This document shows positions 12,731 through 23,523 of a stretch of DNA of 32,000 nucleotides, piece by piece (the first letter of the stretch is position 1; each line of letters starts with the position of its first letter). The notes beneath the pieces are model-generated. The model saw nothing but the letters and a program-made list of their open reading frames with translations. It ran no database searches and was not told the origin of the DNA. The stretch is from the NCBI RefSeq assembly GCF_012571795.1, contig NZ_CP046222.1, forward strand, positions 819 to 32,818. The letters are read 5' to 3'. The position numbers were made by a program, and so were the translations under genes. Source of the stretch: Candidatus Saccharimonadota bacterium. Lineage in GTDB: Bacteria > Pseudomonadota > Gammaproteobacteria > Enterobacterales > Enterobacteriaceae.

Positions 12731-14128
12731 ATGAAAATTATAACACGTTTTGCACCTAGTCCAAGTGGTTATTTACATATAGGAAATATACGTACTGCAT
12801 TATATTCCTGGTTATTTGCAAGAAAAAATAATGGAATATTTATTTTAAGAATAGAAGATACTAATGCAAAAAAAATTCAAAATAATTTTCTTGAAAATAT
12901 TGTTAATAGTCTAAAATGGTTAAATATTGATTGGGATAAAGGTCCTTATTTACAAAGTACTAAATTAAATACATACAAAAAAATTATTAATAATATGTTA
13001 AATAAAGGTATAGCTTATAAATGTTATTGTTCTAAATCATTACTTAAAAAGGATAAAGAAAAACAAATATTATTAGGCATTAAAACAAAATACAATGGTA
13101 GATGTCGTAATAATACAATTAAACAAAATATACCATATGTAGTAAGATTTCGTATGCCACATATTGGTTCTACTACTTTTAAAGATCTTGTTAGGGGCAA
13201 TATTACTATTAATAATATAGAATTAGATGATTTTATTATACAAAGAAGTGATGGCACACCCACATATAATTTTTGTGTTGTTATTGATGATTTAGATATG
13301 AATATTACTCATATTATTAGAGGAGAAGAACATATTAATAATACCCCTAAACAAATTAACATAATTAAAGCATTAAATAAACCAATACCATATTATGTAC
13401 ATGTTTCTATTATTACAAATAAATTTGGTAAAAAAATTTCTAAAAAACATCAAGATATTAATATATTACAATATAAAAAAGATGGATATCTACCACAAGC
13501 ATTATTAAATTATATTTTAAGATTAGGATGGTCATATGGTAATAAGGAAATTTTTACATTACAAGAAATGAAACAATTATTTAGTTTAAAGCAATTAAAT
13601 AAATCACCTAGTATTTTTGATATAAATAAATTAAATTGGTTAAATAAATACTATTTAAAACAATTATCTAAAGATTATATGATGAATTATTTAATAAATT
13701 TTTGTAAAAATAAAAATTTTGATATAAATAATGGACCAACTATACAAAATATTTATGATATTTTTTATAATAGATGTAATACATTACAAGAAATTAATAA
13801 TTTATGTCTTATTTTTTATACTAAACCTAATTATAAAACTAATAATCAATCATTATTATTTTTAAATCAAAATACTAAATATATTTTAAAAACAATATAC
13901 ATGTCTTTTATATCTATACAACAATGGTCTATTATTAATATTAATTTAACAATAAAACAAATAACTAAAGAACTAAATTTATCTTTTTCTAAAATTGCTA
14001 TGCCATTACGTTTTGTAATTACTGGATCTAATATTAGTCCACCAATCCATGAAATTATATATTTAATGGGTAAAAATAAAACTATCAAACATATAATAAA
14101 TGCTATAAATTTTATTAATAAAAAATAA
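12731..14128 (+). CDS. gltX: Glutamyl-tRNA synthetase
   Basis: 465 aa. TRFAPSPSGYLHIGNIRTALYSW carries the HIGH-type motif, followed by RIEDTN, GTPTYNF.VVIDD, IRGEEH and a KISK(K) KMSKS-type loop. Confidence 0.94.
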   Translation: MKIITRFAPSPSGYLHIGNIRTALYSWLFARKNNGIFILRIEDTNAKKIQNNFLENIVNSLKWLNIDWDKGPYLQSTKLNTYKKIINNMLNKGIAYKCYCSKSLLKKDKEKQILLGIKTKYNGRCRNNTIKQNIPYVVRFRMPHIGSTTFKDLVRGNITINNIELDDFIIQRSDGTPTYNFCVVIDDLDMNITHIIRGEEHINNTPKQINIIKALNKPIPYYVHVSIITNKFGKKISKKHQDINILQYKKDGYLPQALLNYILRLGWSYGNKEIFTLQEMKQLFSLKQLNKSPSIFDINKLNWLNKYYLKQLSKDYMMNYLINFCKNKNFDINNGPTIQNIYDIFYNRCNTLQEINNLCLIFYTKPNYKTNNQSLLFLNQNTKYILKTIYMSFISIQQWSIININLTIKQITKELNLSFSKIAMPLRFVITGSNISPPIHEIIYLMGKNKTIKHIINAINFINKK

Positions 14129-14184
14129 AATAAATGTATTATATAATGATTATCTTCCAAATATAATTAATCATTATTTATGAT

Positions 14185-14505
14185 TTAATTACGTAATCTA
14201 GGTTGTATAAATTGTTTTTTTATAGAATTAGATAATTCATCTAATGAGGAATATTCAAAATGTTCATTTAGAGGTTCGCCTGATAATTGTAATTCAGATA
14301 AATAAGTATGTATAGGATATCCTGATGCATCTTCCATAACTACATGATACCATGGTTTATTGCATAATATTATATTATCTGTAATATCATTAATTTTAGG
14401 ATCATTTAGAGAATATATTGGATCAACATCAATAATGACTCCTATAAAACCTAATAATTTATGTCTGACTTGTTGACCAATACCAAATTTACTGGTAATC
14501 ATCAT
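14185..14505 (-). CDS. hspQ: Heat-shock protein HspQ (YccV, hemimethylated-DNA-binding family)
   Basis: 106 aa. [36 protein letters not shown] and the C-terminal PRLRN match E. coli HspQ almost end to end. An AAGGAG SD is present. Confidence 0.9.
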   Translation of the reverse strand: MMITSKFGIGQQVRHKLLGFIGVIIDVDPIYSLNDPKINDITDNIILCNKPWYHVVMEDASGYPIHTYLSELQLSGEPLNEHFEYSSLDELSNSIKKQFIQPRLRN

Positions 14506-14679
14506 TAATTTATCTCCTTTGTTATAATAAAATTATAATATTAAAAACATAAAATTCATAATATATAATATATTATATATTATCATTATGTTTATAAGTA
14601 AAGAATATTAGTTTATATTTTTTATTTAAATAAATTATTTTATATATATATTTTAAAGTGTATTTTTAAGGAAAATATA

Positions 14680-15753
14680 ATGACACGACCTATTGCTGCA
14701 ATTATTAATACTAAAAATATACAACATAATTTAAATGTGATACGTAATTTAGTTTTTCCATCTAAAATTTGGTCTGTATTAAAAGCTAATGCTTATGGAC
14801 ATGGTATAAATAATATTTGGAAAAGTTTAATATTAACAGATGGTTTTGCTGTATTAAATTTATCAGAAGCTATATTTTTAAGAAAAAAATATCATAATAA
14901 ACCAATTTTATTATTAGAAGGATTTTTTAATATTAATGATTTATATTTAATATATAAATATAATTTAACAATAACTATACATAGTAATTGGCAGTTAGAT
15001 ATTTTAATTAATTATCAACCTAAATATCCTATAAATATATATATTAAAATTAATACAGGAATGAATAGATTAGGTTTTAAAATAAATAATATTCATAATA
15101 TAATTTATATTATAAAAAAAAAAATTAATATAAAAAATATTGCTTTTTTAGCACATTTTGCTGACTGTTCGAAACATTCACATTATTTATTTCAAGAATT
15201 AAATATTATAAAAAAAACAATTGACCATTATACATACACGCGTTCTTTTGCTAATTCTGCAGCTATATTATGGCATGAATTTATGCATTATGATTGGGTT
15301 AGATGTGGTATTTTATTATATGGTGCTTCACCAACAAGTAAATGGGAAGATATTAAAAATCTATCTATTAAACCGGTTATGACTTTACAAAGTAAAATTA
15401 TAGGAATACAAAAATTAATGCCAGGAGAAACTGTAGGATATAATCATCAATATTGTACAAATAAAAAACGGAGAATAGGAATTATAGCTTGTGGTTATGG
15501 TGATGGTTATCCTAAAAATATTTCTAATAATACATCTATTTTAATTCATGGTACAATAACTAAGATATTAGGTACTGTTACTATGGATATGATAGCTGTC
15601 GATTTATTTAATATTCCTACTGCAAAAATAGGAACTAAAGTAGAATTATGGGGTGATAATATTAAAATTGACAATATTGCTCAATCTGCTAATACTATTA
15701 GTTATGAATTAATGTGTGCAATTTCATCAAGAGTGCCAAGAATAATTAAATAA
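14680..15753 (+). CDS. alr: Alanine racemase (closest in sequence pattern to the DadX paralogue)
   Basis: 357 aa. MTRPI.., VLKANAYGHG (PLP Lys), DGFAVLNL.EAI, LLLEGFF, HSNWQL, NTGMNRLGF, GYGDGYP, TMDMIAVDL, YELMCA. An AAGGAA SD precedes the start. Confidence 0.9.
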   Translation: MTRPIAAIINTKNIQHNLNVIRNLVFPSKIWSVLKANAYGHGINNIWKSLILTDGFAVLNLSEAIFLRKKYHNKPILLLEGFFNINDLYLIYKYNLTITIHSNWQLDILINYQPKYPINIYIKINTGMNRLGFKINNIHNIIYIIKKKINIKNIAFLAHFADCSKHSHYLFQELNIIKKTIDHYTYTRSFANSAAILWHEFMHYDWVRCGILLYGASPTSKWEDIKNLSIKPVMTLQSKIIGIQKLMPGETVGYNHQYCTNKKRRIGIIACGYGDGYPKNISNNTSILIHGTITKILGTVTMDMIAVDLFNIPTAKIGTKVELWGDNIKIDNIAQSANTISYELMCAISSRVPRIIK

Positions 15754-15785
15754 AATTATTAACAAAAATATATGTACTAATTTTT

Positions 15786-17408
15786 TTATTTAGATATAAT
15801 ATTTTTTATTTGATTTTCATCTATACGTTCAAATAAAACTACAAACTTATTAATTTGATGATTTAATAAAGGTATATGAATATCTTTAAAACTTAATATA
15901 GTATTTAAAAATATTTCAGTTTTTTTAGATAAATCAGGCATAATAGGTTTAATATATATCATAATAATACGAAACATATTAATAGCTAATGAACAAATAT
16001 TATGTGTTAAATGCTGATTTTTCTTAATAGTTATCCAAGGTTTATGTGTATCTATATATTTATTTGCAATATCAGCTAAACATAATATTTCTTGAATAAC
16101 ATGACTAAATTGTCTTTGAATAAAATATGTATGAATAATTTGAGATGAATTAACAAATTGTAAATATATTTTCATATCTATATATTTAGATATTGTATTA
16201 TAAAAATAATTATTAATGAAATATGATGTTCTAGATGCTATATTAACAATTTTATTCACAATATCAGAATTAACTTTATAAGCAATATCATTTAAATTTA
16301 AATCTATATCATCAATATTATTTGAAATTTTAGTTGCATAATAATAACGTAAACTATCAGCATTAATATATTGTAACCATTTTTTAGCTGTAATAAAGGT
16401 ACCTTGTGATTTGGACATTTTATAACCATTTAAAGTTACATGACCATGAATAAATAATTTTGTAGGTTTTCTAAAATAACTACCTTCTAAAATAGCAGGC
16501 CAAAATAAACTATGAAAATAAATAATATCTTTTCCAATAAAATGATATAATTCTGTAATAGAATTAGTTTTCCACCATTCATAGAAACATAATTTTTTGT
16601 TTTTAGAACAAAAATTATAAAATGTACTAATATATCCAATAGGTGCATCTAACCAAACATAAAAATATTTATCTGTAGTATTAGGTATATTAAACCCAAA
16701 GTATGGTTTATCTCGTGTAATATCCCATGATTTTAAAGAAGCATTAAACCATTCTAATACTTTATTTATTACTATATCTTCTAATACTCCTGACATAATC
16801 CAAGTTTTTAAAATATTAAATAATTTATTTAAAATAAAAAAATAATGTTCTGATTTACGTATTATAGGAATAGTTCCAGATAATATTGATATAGGCTTAA
16901 TTAATGCTATAGATTCATAATTACGTCCACAATTATTACAATGGTCACCATTTTGTTTAATACTATAACAAAATGGACATGTACCTTGTACTAATCTATC
17001 TGGTAAAAATATATTATATTTTTTATCATATAATTGATCTACTATTTTTTTTTTAATTAATTTGTTTTTTTTTAAACGATTAAAAATTAGTTTAGAAAAA
17101 AAATAATTTTCTTGACTGTGTGTTGTATGATAATTATCATAACTGATATAAAAATTTTTTAAATCTTTTATATGTTGAGTAAATATTTTATTAATCATAC
17201 GTTCTGGTTGAATATTAGATGCTTTAGCTTTTAACATAATAGGTGTACCGTGTGCATCATCAGCACTAATAAAATATATTTCATCACCACACATACGACG
17301 ATATCTTACCCAAATATCTGCTTGAATATGTTCTAACATATGTCCAAGATGTATAGGACCATTAGCATATGGTAATGCACAAGTTACTAATATTTTTTTT
17401 GATTGCAT
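15786..17408 (-). CDS. metG: Methionyl-tRNA synthetase, core enzyme lacking the C-terminal dimerisation/tRNA-binding appendix
   Basis: 540 aa. ILVTCALPYANGPIHLGHMLEHIQADIWVRY carries the HIGH motif. The zinc-knuckle Cys cluster (CPFC..CNNCG) and KMSKS are present. It ends about where E. coli MetG (677 aa) begins its Trbp111-like domain. Confidence 0.94.
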   Translation of the reverse strand: MQSKKILVTCALPYANGPIHLGHMLEHIQADIWVRYRRMCGDEIYFISADDAHGTPIMLKAKASNIQPERMINKIFTQHIKDLKNFYISYDNYHTTHSQENYFFSKLIFNRLKKNKLIKKKIVDQLYDKKYNIFLPDRLVQGTCPFCYSIKQNGDHCNNCGRNYESIALIKPISILSGTIPIIRKSEHYFFILNKLFNILKTWIMSGVLEDIVINKVLEWFNASLKSWDITRDKPYFGFNIPNTTDKYFYVWLDAPIGYISTFYNFCSKNKKLCFYEWWKTNSITELYHFIGKDIIYFHSLFWPAILEGSYFRKPTKLFIHGHVTLNGYKMSKSQGTFITAKKWLQYINADSLRYYYATKISNNIDDIDLNLNDIAYKVNSDIVNKIVNIASRTSYFINNYFYNTISKYIDMKIYLQFVNSSQIIHTYFIQRQFSHVIQEILCLADIANKYIDTHKPWITIKKNQHLTHNICSLAINMFRIIMIYIKPIMPDLSKKTEIFLNTILSFKDIHIPLLNHQINKFVVLFERIDENQIKNIISK

Positions 17409-17414
17409 ATTATT

Positions 17415-17972
17415 TTAGTAAATATTATTAAGTAATTTTATATATGTTTTAATACAAAACTGTATAAGTATATGATTATATCCAGGATATAATAAATATA
17501 CAGAAAATACAAAATATATATAACAAAAAAATTTTTCTGTAAATAAATGTCTTGTTATAATAGGTAATTTAAAACGTATTTTTAATGGCCATAGTAATAG
17601 TACACCATGTGGAGTTATTATATCAGCAATAATATGAGTACAATATCCTATAATCAATCCTAATTGAATATCCATTTTCAGAAAAATAATTTTATTAGAT
17701 ATTATTTGTAATATATAATATATTAAATATATAGCACATAAACTATGTGTAAAACCTCTATGATTAAATAGTTTTGTAATAATATAAGAAAAGTATTTTA
17801 ATTTTTTGCTTATAATAGATTTAGAATGATCAATATCAGGCAATAAACAAGTAATTATAGATATAGGAATAATACGCCACCAATCATCATGATGCATAAA
17901 TTGTGAACATATAAAATGTTGTATTAAAAAACTTGTAGAAATAGTAAAAAATAAATGTCCTTGTGTTGTCAT
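17415..17972 (-). CDS. ydjM: Inner-membrane metal-dependent hydrolase family protein YdjM
   Basis: 185 aa and polytopic. MTTQGHLFF, DDWWRIIP, CLLPDIDHSKS, HRGFTHS, GYCTHIIADIITP.GV.LLWP and RF.LP match E. coli YdjM. The stop lies 6 nt before the metG ATG. Confidence 0.72.
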   Translation of the reverse strand: MTTQGHLFFTISTSFLIQHFICSQFMHHDDWWRIIPISIITCLLPDIDHSKSIISKKLKYFSYIITKLFNHRGFTHSLCAIYLIYYILQIISNKIIFLKMDIQLGLIIGYCTHIIADIITPHGVLLLWPLKIRFKLPIITRHLFTEKFFCYIYFVFSVYLLYPGYNHILIQFCIKTYIKLLNNIY

Positions 17973-17990
17973 GATTTTTTTTATTATATT

Positions 17991-19928
17991 TTATGAAATA
18001 ATTTTTACAATAATATTATTATTTACATCAATTTTTTCAATCATAACTTTTATATAATCAGTTACTTTATATAATATTTTATTGTTATATAAAATTTTAC
18101 CTTGCATAGGTAATATAATAATATTATTTGATATAGATGATATTAAATTTATTGGAATTAATGCATACATACCATTTTTTATTAATCTAACTTTTAATCC
18201 TATTAATAATACATCAATAATTTCTGATACAAAAATTTGTTTATCATTTAAAATATTTTTACAATATTCTATGTATAACCAATTAATAATACGATTTTCT
18301 ATTTGTTTATTTAAACGTTTTTTATAATTCATATTATGAATTATTTGTACAGATGGTTTATTTATACATTTTTTTTGTATAATAGCTTTAATTAATCTAT
18401 GATTAATCAAATCACCAAATTTACGTAAAGGTGAAGTCCAAGTCGCATATCTTAGTACACCTAATCCAAAATGTGGGCCGGGTTTAGATTGAAAAATAGT
18501 TGCTAATTGATATTTACGTATACGATTTAATAATAATAAAAGTTTTTGTTTTTTTAATTGCTGATATATATGTTTGTAACCTTGTAAAGTAGTTAATATA
18601 GATGTTTTATATTGAATATTATATTCATTTAATAAAAAAACAATTTTATTAATTTTTTTATAATTAAAGCCATAATATACATTATATATTCCAAAACCTA
18701 AAAATTTATATAATATTTCTGCCGCACATATATTTGCTGCAACCATAATTTCTTCAATAATTTTATGTGCAATTCTTTTAGGTTCTAATTTTATATTCAA
18801 AATTTGAAGTTGATCATTCATTATTAATTTATATATAGGATTATTAAAAAATATTGTGTTTTTTTTACTCCATTGTCTACGATATATATAACTCTTATAT
18901 AATAAATTAATTTGATTTTTTATTTCATAATTTTCTGGTTGCCATGTGCCAATATTATCTAACCAATTAGAAACATTAACATAATTTAATTGTGCTTTAG
19001 ATTGTATTAATCCCATAAAAAATTCTGCATTTTGTAATAAAATACCATCATTATTAATAATCATTTTACAAACTAAAGTAGATCTAATTTGCATTGGTTG
19101 TAATGAACATATATTTTCTGATATATATTTAGGTAATAAAGGAATAATAAATTCTGGGAAATAAGTAGTAAACATTCTATTTGATGCAATAATATCTATT
19201 TTACTATTATATTCAATATATGATGTAGGATCAGCAATAGCTACATAAATTTGTAATTGCTGTGTATTTATTTCTTCTATATATATAGCATCATCAATAT
19301 CTTTAGTATTAATATTATCTATAGTAATAAAACATAATTTGGTTAAATCTCTTCTGTGTGTATTATTATCAATTATCTTAATATTATGACATAAACTATC
19401 ACTAGGTGGACTTATATCTATATTATATTTAGAAAAAATTTTCCAAAATTGTAATAAATATTTATTTTTATATGGAAAATATTCAATAATTTCTACTTTA
19501 AACTTATGAAAATTTTGTAAAGGATGATTAATAATTTTAGCTAAAATTAAATCATCATCCTTTAAATTATATATATTTCTATTATGTGAAATAATTAAAT
19601 TATGTTTATAATTAGCATTATTTAATGGTATAAAATATAATTTATTATTTATTTTTTTAATATTACCTATAAATATATTTATATTAGATTGTAATAATTT
19701 AATAGGAATAGCTTCTTCTAATGTACTATTAGATTTTACAAAAAATAATACACGATCTCCACACATAATTTTATCTAAATATGTAATAGAAATATTATAC
19801 ATTTTTTTATTTTTTATAGATAATATTACAAAATTTTTATTTATTATTTTTACAATACCTTCTAAATAATTAGATATTTTTGATAATTTATTTTTTAATT
19901 GTAAAAGTATTTTATTATTATGTAACAT
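17991..19928 (-). CDS. rnb: Exoribonuclease II
   Basis: 645 aa (E. coli 644). MLHNNKILLQLKNKL, FITID...TKDIDDA, VAIADPT, RIAHKIIEE.MVAANICAA, LGFGIYNV, PGPHFGLG...YATWTSPLRKFGDLINHRL, and a C-terminal S1 domain. Confidence 0.93.
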   Translation of the reverse strand: MLHNNKILLQLKNKLSKISNYLEGIVKIINKNFVILSIKNKKMYNISITYLDKIMCGDRVLFFVKSNSTLEEAIPIKLLQSNINIFIGNIKKINNKLYFIPLNNANYKHNLIISHNRNIYNLKDDDLILAKIINHPLQNFHKFKVEIIEYFPYKNKYLLQFWKIFSKYNIDISPPSDSLCHNIKIIDNNTHRRDLTKLCFITIDNINTKDIDDAIYIEEINTQQLQIYVAIADPTSYIEYNSKIDIIASNRMFTTYFPEFIIPLLPKYISENICSLQPMQIRSTLVCKMIINNDGILLQNAEFFMGLIQSKAQLNYVNVSNWLDNIGTWQPENYEIKNQINLLYKSYIYRRQWSKKNTIFFNNPIYKLIMNDQLQILNIKLEPKRIAHKIIEEIMVAANICAAEILYKFLGFGIYNVYYGFNYKKINKIVFLLNEYNIQYKTSILTTLQGYKHIYQQLKKQKLLLLLNRIRKYQLATIFQSKPGPHFGLGVLRYATWTSPLRKFGDLINHRLIKAIIQKKCINKPSVQIIHNMNYKKRLNKQIENRIINWLYIEYCKNILNDKQIFVSEIIDVLLIGLKVRLIKNGMYALIPINLISSISNNIIILPMQGKILYNNKILYKVTDYIKVMIEKIDVNNNIIVKIIS

Positions 19929-19989
19929 TATTAATATGTTTTAAATATATATGTAATATTAAATTTAAATATTGACAATTATTAGAATT

Positions 19990-20523
19990 TTAAAAAGGAA
20001 TATCGTCTTCAAAATTAATAGTAGAATTATCATCTATATTTTTTTGTTTTGTTAAAGAAAAATCTTTTTTATCTGTTATTTTTGTATCTATTTTATTTTC
20101 CCAAGAATCTTTTGTTGGTTTTGTTGTATTATGTTGTTGTGTAGTTAATGATTCATTATCATTTTTTATTTTTAAAGGACTTAATATTTGCATTGTTCCA
20201 CCTACACTAACAATAATTTCTGTTATATAATTATCTTGTCCGTTTTGATTTTGCCATTTACGTGTTTGTAAATATCCTTCTATATATATTTGTATACCTT
20301 TCTTAAGATATTCATTAGCTATTTCAGCTAATTTACCAAATATAACAACTCTATGCCATTCTGTTTTTTCTTTATTTTCACCTGTATTTTTATCTTTCCA
20401 ATAATCTGTTGTAGCAATAACAATGTTAACTACAGGATTGCCATTAGGCATATAACGTATATCAGGATTTTTACCGACATGACCAATTAAAATTACTTTG
20501 TTAATACCTCTTTTACCTGCCAT
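19990..20523 (-). CDS. ssb: Single-stranded DNA-binding protein
   Basis: 177 aa. [46 protein letters not shown], and the acidic C-terminal tip DDIPF. Confidence 0.95.
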   Translation of the reverse strand: MAGKRGINKVILIGHVGKNPDIRYMPNGNPVVNIVIATTDYWKDKNTGENKEKTEWHRVVIFGKLAEIANEYLKKGIQIYIEGYLQTRKWQNQNGQDNYITEIIVSVGGTMQILSPLKIKNDNESLTTQQHNTTKPTKDSWENKIDTKITDKKDFSLTKQKNIDDNSTINFEDDIPF

Positions 20524-20560
20524 TATATTATTCCTTCTTTATAATTCTAAATAAATATAT

Positions 20561-21430
20561 TTATGATTGTTCTATTAATAACCGTAATTTTTTCATAGCA
20601 TTAGTTTCTAATTGACGAATTCGTTCTGCTGATATACCATAATAATTAGCTAATGATTGTAATGTTTCTTTTGTATTATTCTTATTTAACCATCGCGAAT
20701 TAATAATATCACGACTACGATTATCTAATTTTTTTATAGCATTAACTAATTTATGTGTAATAAATTTTGTCCAATTATTTTTTTCTATTAATTTTGCAAA
20801 ATTAGATGTTTTATCCTTAATTAAATAATTAATATTACTATTATTATTATAAGAAGTATCACTAGGAATGTTTAATGTAATATCTTGTGATGACATACGT
20901 GATTCCATTTCATATACATCTTTAATAGACACACCTAATGTTTTAGCTACCATGTTTATTTCATCTTTATGAAACCAACCTAATCTTTGTTTTGCCTTAC
21001 GTAAATTAAAAAATAATTTTCTTTGAGCTTTAGTTGTGGCTACTTTAACTATACGCCAATTACGTAAAACATATTCATGTATTTCAGCTTTAATCCAATG
21101 AATAGCAAAAGATACTAAACGTACACCAATATTAGGATTAAATCTTTTAACTGCTTTCATTAATCCAATATTGCCTTCTTGTATTATATCTGCTTGTTGT
21201 AAACCATAACCTGAATAATGTTTAGCAACATGTACAACAAATCGTAAATGTGATAGAATTAGCTTTTTTGCAGCTTCTATATCACTTTTATAAAAAAATT
21301 TACATGACAGATTTTTTTCTTCTTCTGCAGTTAAAATTGGATAATTATTGGTTGCATATATATATGAATCTAAAGAACCTAAAGAATTAATAAATATTCT
21401 TGGAGTTATAGTTAATATGTGATTATACAT
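20561..21430 (-). CDS. rpoH: RNA polymerase sigma-32 (heat-shock sigma factor)
   Basis: The RpoH box [18 protein letters not shown] is present, with [31 protein letters not shown] and [17 protein letters not shown]. The track ORF starts at a TTG (21436). I prefer the in-frame ATG at 21430, which has AAGAGG 6 nt upstream. Confidence 0.93.
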   Translation of the reverse strand: MYNHILTITPRIFINSLGSLDSYIYATNNYPILTAEEEKNLSCKFFYKSDIEAAKKLILSHLRFVVHVAKHYSGYGLQQADIIQEGNIGLMKAVKRFNPNIGVRLVSFAIHWIKAEIHEYVLRNWRIVKVATTKAQRKLFFNLRKAKQRLGWFHKDEINMVAKTLGVSIKDVYEMESRMSSQDITLNIPSDTSYNNNSNINYLIKDKTSNFAKLIEKNNWTKFITHKLVNAIKKLDNRSRDIINSRWLNKNNTKETLQSLANYYGISAERIRQLETNAMKKLRLLIEQS

Positions 21431-21477
21431 TTTCAACCTCTTAAAATATAATTTTTTTACATTTTTTATAATAAAAC

Positions 21478-22425
21478 TTAATTTTTTGTGAAAATAGTAT
21501 TAATAAAATTTTCAGCATTAAATAAATGTAAATCTTGTATTTGTTCTCCTGTACATATATATCTTATAGGAATTTTAAATTCATTTGCTAAAGAAAAAAT
21601 AACTCCTCCCTTAGCAGTTCCGTCAAGTTTAGTTATAGTAATACCAGTTATATTAATATGTTTATTAAATATTTTAAATTGATTAATGGAATTTTGTCCA
21701 ATATTAGAATCTAATATTAACATAGTTTCATTTGGAGCATCATATATTTTTTTTTTAATTACTCGTACATTTTTTTTTAATTCTTCTAATAAAGAAATAT
21801 TATTATGTAATCTGCCTGCAGTATCTATTATTAATATATCTATATTATCTTTTTTTGTTTTTACTATTGCATCATAAATTACAGCAGAACTATCATGTAT
21901 TTTATTATTATTTATAATATAACTATTACTTTTATAACTCCATATTTTTAATTGTTCATTAGCACCTGCTCTAAATGTATCTCCAGAAGCTAAATAAACA
22001 GATTTATTTTGTTTATAAAAATAATATGCTAATTTACCTATAGTTGTTGTTTTACCTACACCATTTATACCAAATATTAAAATAATAAAAGGTTTATTCA
22101 TACTATTAATTATTAAAGGTTTTTCAACTATAGATAATATATTAAACATTTCTTGTTTAATAAAATTATATAATTGATCTGAATATTGTATATTATTTAA
22201 TTTAGAGTACTGAATAGTTTTATTAACTATATCATTGGTAGTTTTTATACCTATATCAGAAATAATTAATGTTTCTTTTAAAGAATTAAAAAAATTAACA
22301 TTAATATTATGTTTTTTTCTAAATAAATTAATAAAGTTTTTACTAATATTTTTACTAGTTTTCCATAAATTTGATGCTAAAGAACTAAAAAAACTTTTGT
22401 TATTTATATTTTTTTTTATTATCAT
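21478..22425 (-). CDS. ftsY: Signal recognition particle receptor FtsY (NG domains only, acidic A domain absent)
   Basis: 315 aa, against 497 in E. coli. [31 protein letters not shown] and [10 protein letters not shown] are present. It is divergent from rsmD and upstream of rpoH, as in E. coli. Confidence 0.93.
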   Translation of the reverse strand: MIIKKNINNKSFFSSLASNLWKTSKNISKNFINLFRKKHNINVNFFNSLKETLIISDIGIKTTNDIVNKTIQYSKLNNIQYSDQLYNFIKQEMFNILSIVEKPLIINSMNKPFIILIFGINGVGKTTTIGKLAYYFYKQNKSVYLASGDTFRAGANEQLKIWSYKSNSYIINNNKIHDSSAVIYDAIVKTKKDNIDILIIDTAGRLHNNISLLEELKKNVRVIKKKIYDAPNETMLILDSNIGQNSINQFKIFNKHINITGITITKLDGTAKGGVIFSLANEFKIPIRYICTGEQIQDLHLFNAENFINTIFTKN

Positions 22426-22557
22426 GTGTTTATTTTATAAACTTTAATTTAAAATAAAAAATTGATTTAAATTATACTATCTTATACAATTAAATTAGAA
22501 CATCATTTACATAAAATATCAAAATAAATTTATATATTAATTTTAAAAATAATAATT

Positions 22558-23115
22558 ATGCGTAAAATCTATATTATTACTGGTAAATGGAAATATAAAA
22601 GTATATATGTTATAAATCATAATAAATTAAAACCTACAATGAATTTTATTCGTGCTAATTTATTTAATTGGTTAACAAATAATCTTCATATGATGAAATG
22701 TTTAGATTGTTTTGCTGGTACTGGTTCGCTAAGTTTAGAAGCTTTATCTAGAAATGCATTATCAGCTACATTAATAGAAAATAATTATCATATTTTTATA
22801 CAATTAAAAAAAAATATTATGTCATTTAATAAAATTAATATATCATTAATTTATGATAATATTATAAATTTTATATCTTATACATCAGAAACATTTGATT
22901 TAGTATTTATTGATCCACCTTTTAATATAAATAATACTTTACTTTCACAAGTATGTATGTTACTAGAAAAACATGCATGTCTCAATCCTAATGCATTGAT
23001 TTATATAGAATATATGGCAAATAGTAAAAATTTATTTTTACCATCAAATTGGATTAAATATCGTGAAAAACAATTTAGTTATGTGACATATGCTCTATAT
23101 AAAAAAAATAATTAA
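22558..23115 (+). CDS. rsmD: 16S rRNA (guanine966-N2)-methyltransferase
   Basis: 185 aa. IITGKWK, LKPT....R..LFNWL, LDCFAGTGSLSLEALSR and the FIDPPF catalytic motif are present. The position is syntenic (yhhF next to ftsY). Confidence 0.88.
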   Translation: MRKIYIITGKWKYKSIYVINHNKLKPTMNFIRANLFNWLTNNLHMMKCLDCFAGTGSLSLEALSRNALSATLIENNYHIFIQLKKNIMSFNKINISLIYDNIINFISYTSETFDLVFIDPPFNINNTLLSQVCMLLEKHACLNPNALIYIEYMANSKNLFLPSNWIKYREKQFSYVTYALYKKNN

Positions 23116-23128
23116 AAAATATAACATA

Positions 23129-23374
23129 CTATTTTTGTATTAAAAATACATAGGGTAAAATATTAGTTTGTTTTTTTATTATTTTAAAATTCATAAAATT
23201 ACAAAAACTTATAATATCTAATTTTACTATATTATTATTTGTAGTAATTAATAATGTATCATCTTTTTGCATACAATCAGTTTTTTTTTTTAATTTTATA
23301 ATTGTATAAGGACACTGTAAGTGCATTAAATTTAAATTATATGTGGGTATTATGTTAATTTTATTTATTTTCAT
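23129..23374 (-). CDS. tusA: Sulfurtransferase TusA (SirA)
   Basis: 81 aa. L..QCPYT carries the CP active-site motif. DTLLITTNN, DIISFCNFMN and LPYVFLIQK parallel E. coli TusA. Confidence 0.82.
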   Translation of the reverse strand: MKINKINIIPTYNLNLMHLQCPYTIIKLKKKTDCMQKDDTLLITTNNNIVKLDIISFCNFMNFKIIKKQTNILPYVFLIQK

Positions 23375-23523
23375 TATAATTAAAGTATAATTATTAAATA
23401 TAAAAATTAAAGTTTAATAATTAATATATAAGTTAACTAATATATTCAAAACATATATTTTTATAAATTTTTAATAGTTTATTCAAATTACACATCATTA
23501 TTTATTAATATAAGGTTTATTTC

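Noticed and set aside
13024-14160. Antisense ORFs 13024-13263(-) and 13867-14160(-) within gltX
   Set aside because: They are fully nested antisense to a well-supported CDS. Their Ile/Leu/Phe-rich low-complexity translations are typical of AT-rich antisense frames.
18082-18327. 81-aa ORF antisense to rnb
   Set aside because: It is nested antisense in a conserved CDS, with low-complexity sequence and no start context.
21488-22447. Three ORFs (21488-21682, 21686-21877, 22235-22447) antisense to ftsY
   Set aside because: The reason is the same: these are chance open frames opposite a conserved gene in AT-rich DNA.
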